DNA of 42,580 bases from Octopus bimaculoides (taxonomy: Eukaryota): positions 41,270,095 through 41,312,674 of the forward strand of contig NC_068988.1 of assembly GCF_001194135.2 (NCBI RefSeq), written 5' to 3'. A program made the translations under genes and the position numbers. Shown piece by piece: positions 1 through 12,978 of the stretch (position 1 is the first letter of the stretch; each line of letters opens with the position of its first letter). The notes below the pieces were generated by a model that searched no databases, had not been told where the DNA came from, and saw only the letters and a list, made by a program, of their open reading frames with translations.

Positions 1-69
1 CATAAAGACAGACGAAATACTGCTAAGCATTTCGCCCGGCATGCTAACGTTTCTGCCAGCTCGCCGCCT

Positions 70-70
<1 letters not shown>
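1..70 (-). mobile_element. SINE family A, 5' head fragment (window edge)
   Basis: Reverse complement reads aaggcggcgagctggcagaaacgttagcatgccgggcgaaatgcttagcagtatttcgtctgtc, matching the copies at 7780 and 40847. Confidence 0.8.

Positions 71-165
<95 letters not shown>
71..165. repeat. (GATA)n microsatellite at the 3' end of a SINE B copy
   Basis: Perfect agat/gata tandem array directly abutting the minus-strand SINE B end. Confidence 0.95.
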
Positions 166-292
166 ATGGGCTTCCGCACAGCTGTTTTCATCTACAAAAT
201 TCACTTTACGGGGACGTAAAGCTTTCACTGCGCTGTGGGACTGAACCCGAAACTAAGGGGTTCAAAGCCATCTTTTTAACCATACACTCATG
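166..292 (-). mobile_element. Degenerate, internally deleted SINE family B
   Basis: gggcttccgcacagctgttttcatctac...gtgggactgaacccgaaac...ttaaccatac resembles the copy at 18983-19130. Confidence 0.6.
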
Positions 293-1274
293 ACTTCACC
301 TTCATCTTTTCATTCCATTCACTCCCCTACCAACATCACCGATATTGTTTTCCTTTTCATCTTTTTTTTTATTATTTTTGTTTTCTTCATTTTCTTTGTG
401 CTTTTAATCTGTTGTTTTGCTGTTATATTTGTCTGGGAGTAACAGGTATTTCTGTTCGTGTGTGTTATTTTGTTTTTCTTTATGTATTCCTTTCATATTT
501 CCTCCCTCCTCCCCCTGTTTTAGCTTTCAATAATATACTACTTACTCTGTTATCAAATAATCTCTCCAGCTCATCAAGCCTACCATCGCCCTTTTAAAAT
601 GGTACGGACTAACACAAACGAAAACAGAAATGGAAAACCAAAAAAATAACAACAATTAATTGGCGAGTTAGGTCGAAGGTTTTGCGTTCGAGCTTCAGTG
701 AAAGTTAGGTATGTCAAAATGAAGTGTAATGGAATGAGGAGAAAGAGAGCGAGAGTGTATGTGCGTGTGAATGTGTGTGTGTGTGTGTACTAAATAACCC
801 CAAAGACATTTGTTTGAGAATAACAATTGACAATGATGTTTGTCTCGTCTACGAAGCGCGGCAACACACACACATACACATACACAAACATACACATACA
901 TACACACACTTACAGACACATACACACACGCATACATACATTCATACAGAAACACACAAGCACACACCTCTGCTAACTTCTGTCGTTTCTATATTTCACA
1001 CATGAGTTATTTACACAAGTAATGAGCCAAGAAACAAGGGTTGCGTCTATACAGTCATTAGATCTACTAGAAATAGTAGCCGCATCTTTCTGAAGTCATT
1101 GGATAATGTTAATGATTGTCTGAGAAATAAAAGAAGGGATTGTCAATTTTGGAACGTCTTTCATCATGTATCTGCTTGATCTGGCCTGACCATTTAACTC
1201 TCCGATGTCTAGCCAATTTCGCTGTATGTAGGTACAATACTGCTGTAAATTTATGCAGCGTCAGCGAATAGTTT

Positions 1275-1385
1275 CAAAATTTGGCACAAGGCAGTTTTAG
1301 GAAATTAGATTAGTCGATTGCATCGCCTCTTGTGCTCAACTGGTACTTATTTTATCGACTCCGAGAGGATGAAAGGCGAAGTCTC
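1275..1385 (-). mobile_element. SINE family A, 3' fragment
   Basis: actggtacttattttatcgactccgagaggatgaaaggcgaagtc is the reverse complement of the family A central domain. Confidence 0.7.
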
Positions 1386-1508
1386 TTTTGCTATATTACG
1401 GGTATGTAAACAAACCAACGCTGGTTATCAAGCAGCAGTGAAGAAAAAGTACAAATACACAGACACACACACATACAGGTATTTATATGTGCGTGTGTGT
1501 GTGTCTGC

Positions 1509-1567
<59 letters not shown>

Positions 1568-3506
1568 NNNNNNNNNNNNNNNNNNNNNNNNNNNNNNNNN
1601 NNNNNNNNNNNNNNNNNNNNNNNNNNNNNNNNNNNNNNNNNNNNNNNNNNNNNNNNNNNNNNNNNNNNNNNNNNNNNNNNNNNNNNNNNNNNNNNNNNNN
1701 NNNNNNNNNNNNNNNNNNNNNNNNNNNNNNNNNNNNNNNNNNNNNNNNNNNNNNNNNNNNNNNNNNNNNNNNNNNNNNNNNNNNNNNNNNNNNNNNNNNN
1801 NNNNNNNNNNNNNNNNNNNNNNNNNNNNNTTTTTTTTCGAGGTAATATTTTGTCAGATTCCTTTGAAGAAATAGCATCTCTATTTCCCAGACCAATAGCT
1901 TGGCATTTTAGTATGTTTACTGCCATAAATTTTCTCCAAGCTGTGTTTATCTGTCTGCTATGAAATGTCTCACTAGGTAAAATACTTCATTAGTAAGTCA
2001 CTGGTTGTGTCATGCTGATGGTTTCTAAAAAGAATAAAACAGTATAATACATAATTATCATCGACTGGGAATTTTAAGAATTTTTGTTTAATAAATAAAC
2101 AAAAGAAAATTAAATTAATGAATTCTATGCGTTTTTTCCCCTATATTTTCCTCAAATTCAAGTTTTTAGTCCCGCCTAATATTATGAAGAAAAGAGAACT
2201 TCTCTTGTAATAACTGTGACCACTTGGAGAAAATAGGCTTCATTAAGTAGCATTATATTTATTACAGTAGCTAATGGTAATAAGAGGCGACGTTTTTGGT
2301 TCAACACATTCTCTACGAGATTATGTTTGTTATTGATTTTAGCCGCAACTCAACTCTAATTGAGTAGACCCATAGTATAAGACACTCCAGCCATGGCTTC
2401 TTCTTTTTGAGAGTCACATTATTGATTCAATGTCTCCTGCATCTTTTGTTTTGTGTTTTGTTTGATCGACCGTATATGAAATTTGGCTGCTCTCTCTAGC
2501 TTGTGAAATAACGATGTGGCCGTTGCAATTGAATGTTTATATGCGTTCACATCTGCACGCATGTTTGTGTGTGTTTGTGTATGCGTCTATGGTCACCGTC
2601 ATCAAGGTCACCGTCACCAACCAACCCCATGAGCAGAACCGCCAATTATCAATGTCCAACGCTTACCAATTCCCAACGCTTACCAACCCCTAACATCTGT
2701 TATACGCATGTATACTCATGCATGCGCGCATGTGAGTACCCATGTGCATGCACACGTTAATATGCATGCATGCATGCATTGTACATATGAATGAATACGC
2801 TTGTGCGGATATGTGTGTGTGTATGCGTGCATGTGCATGCATGTGTGTGTGCGCGCGTGTATGTGTGTGTGTGCACGCGCATGTCCGTTCATATATATAT
2901 GTGCGTGTGTGTACGTGTGTATGTGGGCGTGCACGTGCGCGTCCATGTACAGATGCACACGCTCCTACCTCCCCTCCAACAACCTCACTGATTTCTTGTC
3001 CACCACGTAGTCGATTTCCTGTCCACCACGTGGTCAATTTCCTGTTCACTATGTGATGTTTTCCAACTAACTATCGTCTCTGATATATTGTTACACCAAC
3101 ATCAAACCACGACCATGACATCACGTGACCTTCCTCGACCAAACGCAGTCCATCTTACGGTAATAACACTCAACTTCTTTCATTCAAATTCAAAATGGCT
3201 GAAGATTAACATCACGCTGGAAACTCACGGAGTACCAATGAATTTGAATCAAACTGTTTTGATCCATATATATAAATATATATATAGTTGAGGTGTGTTC
3301 TGTTAAGAACGTATAAGAGTACAAATAGAGCTCGTTCACCCTTAGAATTCTTAAATAGCCGGTAGTATTCTTATGGTATGCTACCAATTCTAGTCTTAGG
3401 TATTCCTCGTGTGTGAAAAAAAAAGTAAAAAGTTAAAAGTAAAAGAGTCAAAAGGGAGAGTAAGTATGGTTAGGCAGCTTTTTAATCACTACAAATGTTT
3501 CGAAAC

Positions 3507-3823
3507 ATACAGATCGAATGTTTCGATACATACAGATCGATACATATAGATCGAATACAGGATTTAAAGTTAACTATAAATTAAATTATGTAACGATTTG
3601 CCTGTATAAGAAGATCTCTATGTATCTCCTCAGGCGATACTCAGTTGCTGTCTCCGTAAGTAAATCTAGATTTACTTACGGAGACAGCAGTTGAGTATCA
3701 CCTGAGGAGAAATATGTAGATCTTCAAATCTTGTATTCGATCTGTATGAATCGATCTGTATGTATCGATCTGTATGTATCGATCTGTATGTATCGATCTG
3801 CATGTATCGAAACATTCGATCTG

Positions 3824-3826
<3 letters not shown>
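3507..3826. repeat. Loop-less palindrome with a 14-bp minisatellite in both arms
   Basis: Centre gtaagtaaatct|agatttacttac at 3667/3668. Inner arms are about 56 bp. Outer arms carry atcgatctgtatgt units in inverted orientation. The left arm has about 45 bp of unpaired extra sequence. Confidence 0.85.
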
Positions 3827-3883
<57 letters not shown>

Positions 3884-3886
<3 letters not shown>

Positions 3887-4060
3887 CTGGTTATTGACAC
3901 ACATCTGTGTCCTAGATGTGTGTCAATAGCCAGCTGGAGGAGATGTTCTCCTGGAGCTAAAAGCAACAGTAACATCCACCCTTAGGGGTCAGCCACATTT
4001 AAGTGCCAAATATACTTCACCTTGTCGTGCAGTTACTGTTAATACCTCGTTCAGAGATTT

Positions 4061-4062
<2 letters not shown>
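3884..4062 (-). mobile_element. Dispersed repeat family C (TTAA-bounded, class uncertain), 3'-truncated and ending in a 23-bp fold-back hairpin
   Basis: Reverse complement matches 27041-27259 and 34090-34308. Hairpin arms are 3884-3906 and 3914-3936. Confidence 0.75.
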
Positions 4063-4098
<36 letters not shown>

Positions 4099-4849
4099 TA
4101 TACATACATATATGCATATATACATATGTATACATATTTATGGATATACATATATATGTATATGTATATATGCACATTTATATATACATATGTATGTATG
4201 TATGTATAAGCGTATGTGTGTGTGTGTTATTTTGTATATAGGAGAGTGGCACAATAAGGAATTTTTACTGCATTTTTGAATTCTGAGACAAAAAACTATT
4301 TTTTACAAATGTTCACTACCTTACAAAAACAATATCAGCTAAGCAAATGACCTTCTCTAAATGCATTAAGAGCATTGTAATATGATCCGATCGCTATTTT
4401 AGAAAATTATTGCCGTTCTCTTTGAGCATAAAAATTTAGCTGGGGCAGAATAAGTCAAGATAAAGTAAATATGCTGCTTCAATTTTCCAGAATTACATTT
4501 GAATCTCCATCCTTATACATAAGTAAGATCAGAAAGGCAAAAGTAAGTTTTAAATATCTAGGTCAAATGAAAGAGGCTCATGGAAAAATGGCATATGCAA
4601 TAAACTAATGAAACTCGACTAAATAAAAAAACTCAACATAAAATATTCTCTATTGCTTTTTCACGATTTTCTGGTGTGGCTCTCTTCCAGATATATTTAT
4701 GGACCTGGCAATTAAAGAGAAGAAATTATTGAAATATGTAATTACGCAATTTATCCCATTTTAGATATAAGTTTTTGAATGTTAAAAATTATCAAATTAG
4801 ACTTTAGTGTGGGAAAAAATTAACTTGGAATCCAACAGAGAAAAGAATA

Positions 4850-5048
4850 TTCTTTTCTACTCAAGGCCCAAAATTTTTGTGGCGGTGGGGGCCAGTCGAT
4901 TAGATCGACCCCAGTATGTAACTGGTACTTAATTTATCAACACCGAAAGAATGAAACGAAAAGCTGGCCTCGGCGGGATTTGACCTCAGAACATAAAGAC
5001 AGACGAAATACCGCTAAGCATTTCGCCCGGCGGCCAGCTCGCCGCCTT
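4850..5048 (-). mobile_element. SINE family A
   Basis: Contains actggtacttaatttatc, tttgacctcagaac and cattt cgcccgg...cagctcgccgcctt, the reverse complement of the family A core, B-box and head. Confidence 0.85.
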
Positions 5049-5947
5049 CAACAGAGAAATGAATATTGATTGTTAAACAACAAAAAATTATCCAGATATT
5101 TTATGAGCAATCTCAATTACAATCGGATCAAAGTTGAGGAAAGAATTTCTTAAAAAATGTACTTGACACCTGACTATGTTTCGAACAACAAAACTGACCA
5201 GTTTTTACTTCTAAGGATGATGCAACAATACAAAAGAATGATGCAATACTTGCTACGTAATGATACCAAAGAGGTAGGGGAAAAAAATAGCGAGAAATTA
5301 GAAATTACTAATTTTACCCCGGTTACTACTTTCCCCTCCCCATATACGATTGGCAAATGTGGGGTATAGGGGTACGCAAGCTGATTCGTGCGTTATCGGC
5401 GTAATTTAAGTAAGTAACTATAGCAGCATGATTCTTAAATAACTCAACCAAAGGTGCATGGTTGACCAACGGCCTTGTAATTCAACTGCAACGCAGTCTG
5501 GTGAAGTCATCCGAGGCGGAGAGAAAGTTAAACACGATCGCTGCAGCAATAGAAACACAGTAACAATATATACACACATACACACACATATATATATATG
5601 TATGCATATATATATATATATATATACATACACACACAACTGTATGTGTGTGTGTGATATGATCTAGGAAGTTTACATGTCATCAGAATATAAATCTTTC
5701 TTCGATTGTCATTTATGGGGTAAACGAGGATCAGCGTGGGTCAAGTGTGATATTGGAAAGCAATGATTTGCGCATGCAACAATCCGAATTGAATGTTGTG
5801 GGAATGAGTATGTACGAGGTGAGAATGCATGGTTTGTGTGCGTGCAGGCGTGTGTGTGTGTGTGTGCGAGAGAGAGAGAGATAGTGCGTATGTGCGCGCG
5901 TGTATGTGGGTGTAGTCTCTGCAATGTCGAATGTCGATTCTATAGAG

Positions 5948-6274
5948 CAGCAGTCCACAACCTTTTTTGCACCACAAATCTGTTTCAGGTAAAACAATTT
6001 TTCCAAGGACCAGTTCATCACGCTCATAATAAAGTGCATAATTATTACTTTATTATGCACAATAAAGCGCATAATATTTTATGCACAATAAAGCGCATAA
6101 TAATTTAATTGCTACATTTTCTATAATACATATATATTACATATATATAATACATGTATAATACAAAAATATCCTGCAGAGTGCGATAGTCGATAAAAAA
6201 GAAATAAAATTTAGAAATCTATTCTTTCTGTGTGCCCCGGCAGAGCCCTGTGGTCTGGCGGTTGGTGTCCCTTG
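5948..6274. mobile_element. hAT (Charlie-like) MITE
   Basis: Imperfect TIRs cagcagtccacaacc / ggttggtgtcccttg flanked by an exact 8-bp TSD ctatagag (5940-5947 and 6275-6282). An 8-bp TSD is typical of hAT. Confidence 0.8.
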
Positions 6275-7779
6275 CTATAGAGTATAATTTTACGCCAATA
6301 GACCATTAAATAAAAACTCTGTAGAAGAAGTTACCAACCACCAGACTCGTACTCTGTTGGGGGATCTTTGAAGGAGTTTCATGTGTTAACAGCTACTTAA
6401 TCATAAACTAAGTTACAACACCACTCACTCACACTTTGCCCCTGTCCATTTTCTCTCTATCTCTCTTTCTCTCTATCTCTCTTTCTCTCTCNNNNNNNNN
6501 NNNNNNNNNNNNNNNNNNNNNNNNNNNNNNNNNNNNNNNNNNNNNNNNNNNNNNNNNNNNNNNNNNNNNNNNNNNNNNNNNNNNNNNNNNNNNNNNNNNN
6601 NNNNNNNNNNNNNNNNNNNNNNNNNNNNNNNNNNNNNNNNNNNNNNNNNNNNNNNNNNNNNNNNNNNNNNNNNNNNNNNNNNNNNNNNNNNNNNNNNNNN
6701 NNNNNNNNNNNNNNNNNNNNNNNNNNNNNNNNNNNNNNNNNNNNNNNNNNNNNNNNNNNNNNNNNNNNNNNNNNNNNNNNNNNNNNNNNNNNNNNNNNNN
6801 NNNNNNNNNNNNNNNNNNNNNNNNNNNNNNNNNNNNNNNNNNNNNNNNNNNNNNNNNNNNNNNNNNNNNNNNNNNNNNNNNNNNNNNNNNNNNNNNNNNN
6901 NNNNNNNNNNNNNNNNNNNNNNNNNNNNNNNNNNNNNNNNNNNNNNNNNNNNNNNNNNNNNNNNNNNNNNNNNNNNNNNNNNNNNNNNNNNNNNNNNNNN
7001 NNNNNNNNNNNNNNNNNNNNNNNNNNNNNNNNNNNNNNNNNNNNNNNNNNNNNNNNNNNNNNNNNNNNNNNNNNNNNNNNNNNNNNNNNNNNNNNNNNNN
7101 NNNNNNNNNNNNNNNNNNNNNNNNNNNNNNNNNNNNNNNNNNNNNNNNNNNNNNNNNNNNNNNNNNNNNNNNNNNNNNNNNNNNNNNNNNNNNNNNNNNN
7201 NNNNNNNNNNNNNNNNNNNNNNNNNNNNNNNNNNNNTATATGTGTGTGTGTGTGTGTGTGTGTAATATAACATGTGACAATCATTCGGTTGCCATAATAA
7301 AACTCCGAGTTTCGGATGTCGGGACGGAAACCCGCACCGGCATCTCTTCAGTTCTCGAGGCAATCAAAATATGCTATGAAAATGACCGTTAAACAAAGGG
7401 AAACTACTATGTAATTGACCGTTATTAAGACAAAGGAGCTATTAGAATGACCGTTAAATAAGGGAAAAAACCGAAGGGGAGGAAGTAAAAAGTAAAAGAG
7501 TAAAAAATTCTCATAGCAATCGCGTATGCGCGCGTGTCCATACATACACTTGCGCGCACGCACCCCCACGCACATGTGCCTATATGCATATGCTCATCCA
7601 CACACATGCGCAGCCACACATACGCCATAAAATATACATACCCGCACACACGCCCACACACACGCGCGCATAAAAAAGTTCATATACACGACTTTAATCT
7701 CCGCGACAGTTTCAGACAGCCGCCTAAGAAAGAAAAGGAACAGTCCATCCAATAGATTCCCCCCCACACCGTTTCCTAA

Positions 7780-8011
7780 GGCGGCGACTTGGCAGAAACG
7801 TTAGCACGCCGGGCGAAATGCTTAGCGGAATTTCGTCTGCCGCTACGTTCTGAGTTCAAATTCCGCCGAGCTCGACTTTGCCTTTCATCCTTTCGGGGTC
7901 GATTAAATAAGTACCAGTTACGCACTGGGGATCGATATAATCGACTTAATCTGTTTGTCTGTATTTGTTTGTCCCCTCTGTGTGTAGCCCCTTGTGAGTA
8001 GTAAAGAAATA
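7780..8011 (+). mobile_element. SINE family A, full length
   Basis: tRNA-like head (ttggcagaaacg; B-box-like gagttcaaattcc), core gactttgcctttcatcctttcggggtcgat...aagtaccagtt, and tail gtaaagaaata. Confidence 0.9.
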
Positions 8012-9469
8012 ACACTGTTTCCTTCTTATAAACTTCAATTACAAAGCTTTATCTCACTCGAAACTGTGGTAAAAAATGGCATACTATTCAAGATGCTGCA
8101 CTGTGAGATCGAAACCGAAATTTCTAAACCACACAATCATGCCTGCGGCCACGGTGGCTTTTGTTATTGCGTTGATGTTGCTGTTGTTTACAGTTATTTT
8201 CATTGTTGTTATTGCTGCGGTTGCTACTGTTGCTGATCTGGTAATTGGAGTTGTTATTGCTGTTACTGTTGCTACTGTCGCAGATATCTCTGTTGCTGCC
8301 GTGACATTGCAATTTCAAAAAACTTTATACAAAGTAACTATGGACGATATCACATTATGGATGATTCCAGTCTATTAGGAACGACACTGTAAACTAATAC
8401 GGCTTCTTAACGATGTCACTAAGCCATTCAGTTTCACATACAGATGTTGAAAGGTCGTTGATGAACTTTGGGTTATGGGTGTCGTTATTGCAGTTAAATA
8501 CTTAACTGCGTTTTTACTTATTTCATTCGACGGTCTCTTAATTAGTATATTTTTGTAATATTCTACCCAGCTTTCAACATCGTTTTCTTTTTAAATGTGT
8601 TAAGAATACTGGGTGTAAATTACGTTGCAGCACTCACATATACATACACACGAAAAAACGCACACGCATTCGTACACACACATATGATAGATGTAGAGCA
8701 GCTATCACATATGATTACTCTTCCCGTCATGCGCTTCCACAATGACGAAGACCTACAATAGTATCGAAAAATCTAAGGAAACCCAGAAACCAACGGCTCT
8801 TCACAGAAAGATGCAGTCGGACAGGTGACTGGGAATCACGACTGCTTCTGCCAATAGACTCCTTCTGAGGTGGAAACTATGGGAATGGAAGTATTTCATT
8901 GTATCAGAAAACCGATTCCTCGACCGCCACAACGAAAATTTCACCGTCATTTTTACGGTAGCCAGAAATTTGAGTCTTGTCTTACGCTAGAATAAAGAGA
9001 GCAGAGAAAGTAGCAATACATTAAATTTATGACAAACGTTTGTATGAAAGGGCCACTATCTAAATCAGTGTTTCGCTGCCATAGGACCCCTTTGATTCCT
9101 ATTTTACCTGAATGGACCCTCATATCCATTCAGTGTTTAAAAAATCATATTATATTTTTATAATTAAATACTATTAGGAATTGTATTTTTAAATGTCGTA
9201 ATTAATCGGCAGGCTGTATAAAAGGAATTGTTTTGTCCAACAGAAGTAATATTAGTTTAAAATAACAATCTCTACATCATACTTAAAGCAGGTACATCGT
9301 TGAAGTAGTTTATATACAAATGAGACAGTAAATGTTTATGTTTTGAATTGTTTAAATTCGTGCTGGTTCTGTTTAAATCTAAATTCTTTCACCATTTGAT
9401 TTAGGCCTTCAATACTCAGTTTAATTCAGAAAGCAACGACAGCTTATTTCAAACGTATGTGTGACGTTC

Positions 9470-9602
9470 ACTTCACAGGCAGGAGTTTTCAGGTTCAATC
9501 CCACTAAGAGGTGTCTAAGGTAATTGCCTTCTCTTGTAATCTCGGCCGATCAACGCCTTGTTAGTAGATTCGATAGACGGAAACTGCACGGAAGCTCATC
9601 GT
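9470..9602 (+). mobile_element. Degenerate SINE family B followed by (GT)n
   Basis: caggttcaatcccact...gatagacggaaactgcacggaagctcatcgt, then a GT array to about 9690. Confidence 0.65.
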
Positions 9603-9610
9603 GTATGTGT

Positions 9611-9681
<71 letters not shown>

Positions 9682-10343
9682 CGTGTGTGCGTGTATCATT
9701 GTTTAATCCTTTCTTCCCTGGTCGTTGGTCCTCTGGAATTTTCTCCCTACTGGTCTTTTTTACTGCCGCCGGTCGACTTGCAACAGTTCAAGCAGAATGT
9801 TGAGAGCATGAATCCCACTCACCTCGGAGACTCCACGAAGATAATAGAATCAGATCTCCCGACGACCAAACCAATATAAAAATAATATTGGTGTTATTGG
9901 CATTGTTGAACTTGGAAATCTTTGAGTCAGATGCTTGATAGACCTCGCTTTATTTATTTAAGTTGTAAAGTGTTTTGGATATCTTCATTGATATATGTTG
10001 TGACTATAATAAATAGATACTCTAAGCATAGTCAAGAAATCGTATTCTGAGAGTCAGTGATACATAGATACATGGAACAGAAGAAATTGTCTGGAAGAGT
10101 TGATGTAGCTGGCTTGGTGAGATAAATATATGTTAGTGTAGGTTGTTTAGGAAGTAAAGAGAGCTTAACTGTAATACTAATATGTTTTTTCTGTACTATT
10201 GAAAGCCACGATTTGATGAGTGTACTGAAGTCTCCTTCAGTTATGAGTCTAAGACGGTGTAGTTTGGATGTGTGACCTGCTGGGATGGTTGGTTAGTTCG
10301 GTTGAACTACCGTTAAGCTTATTATCATTATTACAGTGTGCAA

Positions 10344-10935
10344 GACGGTGAGTTGGCAGAATCGTCAGCACGCCGGGCGAAATGCTTAGCGGTATTTTGC
10401 CTGCCGCTACGTTCTGAGTTCAAATTCCGCCGAGGTCGACTTTGCCTTCCATTCTTTCGGGGCCGATAAATTAAGTACCAGTTGTGTACTGGGATCGATC
10501 TAATCGACTGGCCCCCTCCTCAAAAAATTTCGAGCCTTGTGTCTAGAATAGAAAAGAATCGTTAGCACGCCGAGCAAAATGCATAGTGGCATTTCGTCTG
10601 TCTTTACGTTCTTAGTTCAAATGCCGTCGACTTTGCTTGTCATCCCTTCGGGAGTCGATGAAATAGGTGCCAGTTGAACACTGCAATCGACTTAGCCTCC
10701 GCCTTCCGAAATTGTGGCTTTGTACCAAGATCTGGAGCCACTGCGAGCTGGCAGAGTCTTTAGTACACAAAGCAGAATTCTAAACAGCATTTCGTCCGTC
10801 TTTATGTTTTTGAGTTCAAATTCTGCTGAGGTCGATTTCGCCTTTCATTCTTTTGGGATCGATGAAATAGGTGCCAGCTGAGCAATGGGGTCGATGTATT
10901 CGACTAGACTCCTCCTCCAAAAACTTTCAGGACTG
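10344..10935 (+). mobile_element. Three SINE family A copies in head-to-tail tandem
   Basis: The gagttcaaat B-box and gtcgactttgc core each occur three times (units start near 10344, 10557 and 10742). Confidence 0.85.
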
Positions 10936-10989
10936 TTGAGAGATGTTAGGTTGTCATACCCCCATTAAATGATATTTTCGAGATTTCCT

Positions 10990-11320
10990 TTGATTGAAAA
11001 GTGTGTATATAATGTGAAATGATTATGCTGCACGTGAATGACGCATGTAGGCAGAAGTTAATATGGATAGCTCGCAAATTGTTAATGTACAGAAGGGAGA
11101 GTTTGAGAAACATAAACGAACTTCGGAGAGCATCAAAGTATGAGTTGGAAAGCATTCCATATTCCATATCAATGCTCACTTCAGTGGAGTAGTCTGGCAG
11201 GAAACTTCTCATCCTATAAAGATGAGAGACAGATGGAGTCTATATGATGGCAACTAAACCAGGAAGTTTTCATGGAAAACATAATCGAAAGCTTTGCTGA
11301 TGACACGGGCAAAAACTGCC
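10990..11320 (-). pseudogene. Non-LTR retrotransposon reverse transcriptase fragment (CR1/Jockey/I type)
   Basis: Minus-strand translation gives ISKAFDYVFHE and MRSFL...LSLLYINNL, matching the RT motifs SKAFD and LFLLYINDL, with stops and shifts. Confidence 0.7.
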
Positions 11321-11414
11321 TTAGCTGACGCTGTTAGACATTGAGGTCAATGCCTCATGTACATTTAGCTCTACCGGAAAGGTACTAGTGATTAATGGTT
11401 AGGGAAAGATTTAA

Positions 11415-11630
11415 GGCGGCGTGCTGGTAGAATCGTAACCACACCGGGAAAAATGCTTCGCAGCATTTCGTCCGTCTTTACCTTCTAAGTTCAAATTCCG
11501 TAGAGGTCCCACCGTGCCTGTCACTTTTTCAATGTCGATTAATTAATTCCAGTTGAGCACTGGGGTTCGATGTAATCGACTTAATCCCTCTCCCGAAATT
11601 GCTGACCTTGTGCCAACATTTGAAAGCAAT
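11415..11630 (+). mobile_element. SINE family A (diverged)
   Basis: ggcggcgtgctggtagaatcg...aagttcaaattcc...ccagttgagcactggggttcgatgtaatcgac. Confidence 0.8.
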
Positions 11631-12645
11631 AATTAGGGTAAGATGAGATATTGGAAATATTATTGTTATTGTTGCTGCTGTTTCTGTTGCTTCGATGCGG
11701 GTCAGCTTTACACAAGCCGAGCCCTAATCAAAAACGTGTCCTTCCATTTTTGTTATATGTATAATGCATCTACGAGTATGACTACATCGACCAGTGTCTT
11801 CTCCCTTTTAAGACAGTGGGAGTTGAGTTGAGGAAGATTTATCGTTTATTTCTAACAGATTCAGTATCTACACTGAATTTCTCAAAATGGTCCCTTGTTT
11901 TTTTTTTGGGGGGGGGGTTATTTATAGGTTTATTGTCATTATTTTCGCTATTAATATTATATTACTACTACTATTATTATATTATTATTTATTTTAATAT
12001 TGCTATCGCTGTTGATTTTTGTGGTGGTATTTACTCTTATTGTTGGTGTCATTGTTCTCGTTGTTCTTGTTGTTGTTGTTGTCATGGATATTGTCATTGT
12101 TCTTATTCCTGTTTTAACTGCAATTATTACTGAATTCATTGTTGTTTTCTCTTCATTTTGACTTTTTTTGTTTTTTTTTGTTTTTTTGTTTTTTTTTTGG
12201 CTTCTTATAACATTGCATTTGCATTGCTGCAAACGTTGCATTATTCCATGTAACCATTATTAACTACTTCTATTGGTGAAGCCACTGTTATATTTACTTG
12301 GATTGTGTTGATATTGATGTTGTCGTTGATATCGTCACCGCTGGTGATATTGTTGTCGTCGTCTTCGTCGTTATGGTCGTTATTACTTAACGTTCATAGA
12401 AACCACGCTTAGATTAATTCTGTTTTTCATTGAAAGCGATTATCGACGCCGACAATTTGAAATCGTTAACAGACACTTATATGCCAGTATGTAAGGGATC
12501 TCAATAACCCTCAGACCCCTTAATTCATTCTGTCTCGCCTTGTCAGACCTATTCGCATTTACATTTTTGTAAATATTGACTTTTTTTTTACCTCTAATTG
12601 AAAACGACCATGTCGTGGCAGAAATGATATAGCGATGGATTAAAT

Positions 12646-12978
12646 CAGGGTTTCTCAACCGGGATCCATAAGGCCCCTTAAGGTCTATATACCATTTGAG
12701 AAGGGGTGTCCACGCAACAAAATAGTAATTTGGAGATCCACAATAGTATTTTAAGAGATCCTGAAATAATTTTGCTTTAGATGTATGTATTATGTATTGC
12801 AAGAAACAGTTAAGTTTCTTTCTCTAACATTTTACATAGTTCAACTTACAGAAGTAATGTGTGAAAAACAAGGTGGGTATTTGAAACTAGTTTTTAAACA
12901 TTGAAAGGCTATGAGGGTCCATCCGAATAAAATAGTTATCAAAGGGGCCCATAGCTAAAAAATAGTTGAGAACCTCTG
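12646..12978. mobile_element. hAT MITE
   Basis: TIRs cagggtttctcaac / gttgagaacctctg; 8-bp flanks gattaaat / gatgatat (6 of 8 match) consistent with an aged TSD. Confidence 0.75.

Noticed and set aside
695-3056. Many ORFs rich in CV, HT, YI or RE
   Set aside because: These are translations of dinucleotide microsatellites with no protein signal. The same applies throughout the window.
4640-4740. FHDFSG-like motif resembling FHAFSGCD of some DNA transposons
   Set aside because: It needs two frameshifts within a few codons, which is too weak to call.
6429-7392. Long ORFs of 270-330 aa here and at 13959-14933, 17533-18453 and 41037-42042
   Set aside because: They consist almost entirely of N gaps translated as X.
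9990-10280. LITEGDFS on the minus strand, resembling a LINE endonuclease GDFN motif
   Set aside because: It is a single short motif, and its order relative to the RT fragment at 10990 is wrong for one element.
11290-11330. ctgatga motif as a possible hammerhead
   Set aside because: There is no downstream GAAA or stems; it is the antisense of RT coding sequence.
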